Source: Podarcis filfolensis (Eukaryota). Taken from it: a stretch of DNA of 64,000 nucleotides. The stretch lies in the NCBI GenBank assembly GCA_964270895.1, contig OZ185446.1; one strand, written 5' to 3'. The translations under genes were made by a program, and so were the position numbers. Within the stretch, counting starts at the first letter, position 1. Every line of letters begins with the position of its first letter. The notes under the pieces were generated by a model that saw nothing but the letters and a program-made list of their open reading frames with translations, did no database searches and was not told where the DNA came from. Below, in pieces: positions 63,961 through 64,000 of the stretch.

Positions 63961-64000
63961 GTAACATCTACCCTTAGATCATCATCAATTTGATTTGGTG

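Noticed and set aside
49711-64000. Further DNAJC1 exons (e.g. ...EEQMDDWLENR...KKQ)
   Set aside because: Not found by eye on the - strand; the next exon probably lies beyond the window.
1-64000. CRISPR arrays, operons or other prokaryotic/viral systems
   Set aside because: There are no repeat-spacer arrays or long intronless ORFs; the sequence is explained as spliced vertebrate genes plus transposon relics.

Overview
Vertebrate genomic DNA (CpG-depleted, intron-rich), almost certainly from a lacertid-type lizard, judged by its Sauria/Squam1, Squam2 and Squam3 SINEs. It holds the 3' ends of two convergent genes. MLLT10 (AF10) is on +: 11 coding exons from 935 to the stop at 38884, frame-consistent across every junction (2075 nt plus 1 upstream base), encoding the AT-hook, octapeptide motif/leucine zipper and Q-rich tail, with a 3'UTR to about 40.39 kb. 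DNAJC1 (MTJ1/ERdj1) is on -: the last 4 coding exons (49710 down to the stop at 40995), encoding both SANT domains. Everything above 49.7 kb is one large DNAJC1 intron. The introns carry SINEs, a 5'-truncated L1 with a 16-bp TSD, CR1/L2 relics, Tc2-, Tigger- and hAT-type MITEs, and microsatellites. I see no prokaryotic-type or wholly new system. The best leads are splicing-level and repeat-level: a GC-AG intron; an internal acceptor giving an alternative-frame MLLT10 C-terminus; inverted SINEs flanking DNAJC1 exons that would form a stop-free in-frame circle; a candidate recursive splice site; and two unexplained ~200-bp direct-repeat pairs. All homology calls come from my recall of these families, not from database searches.
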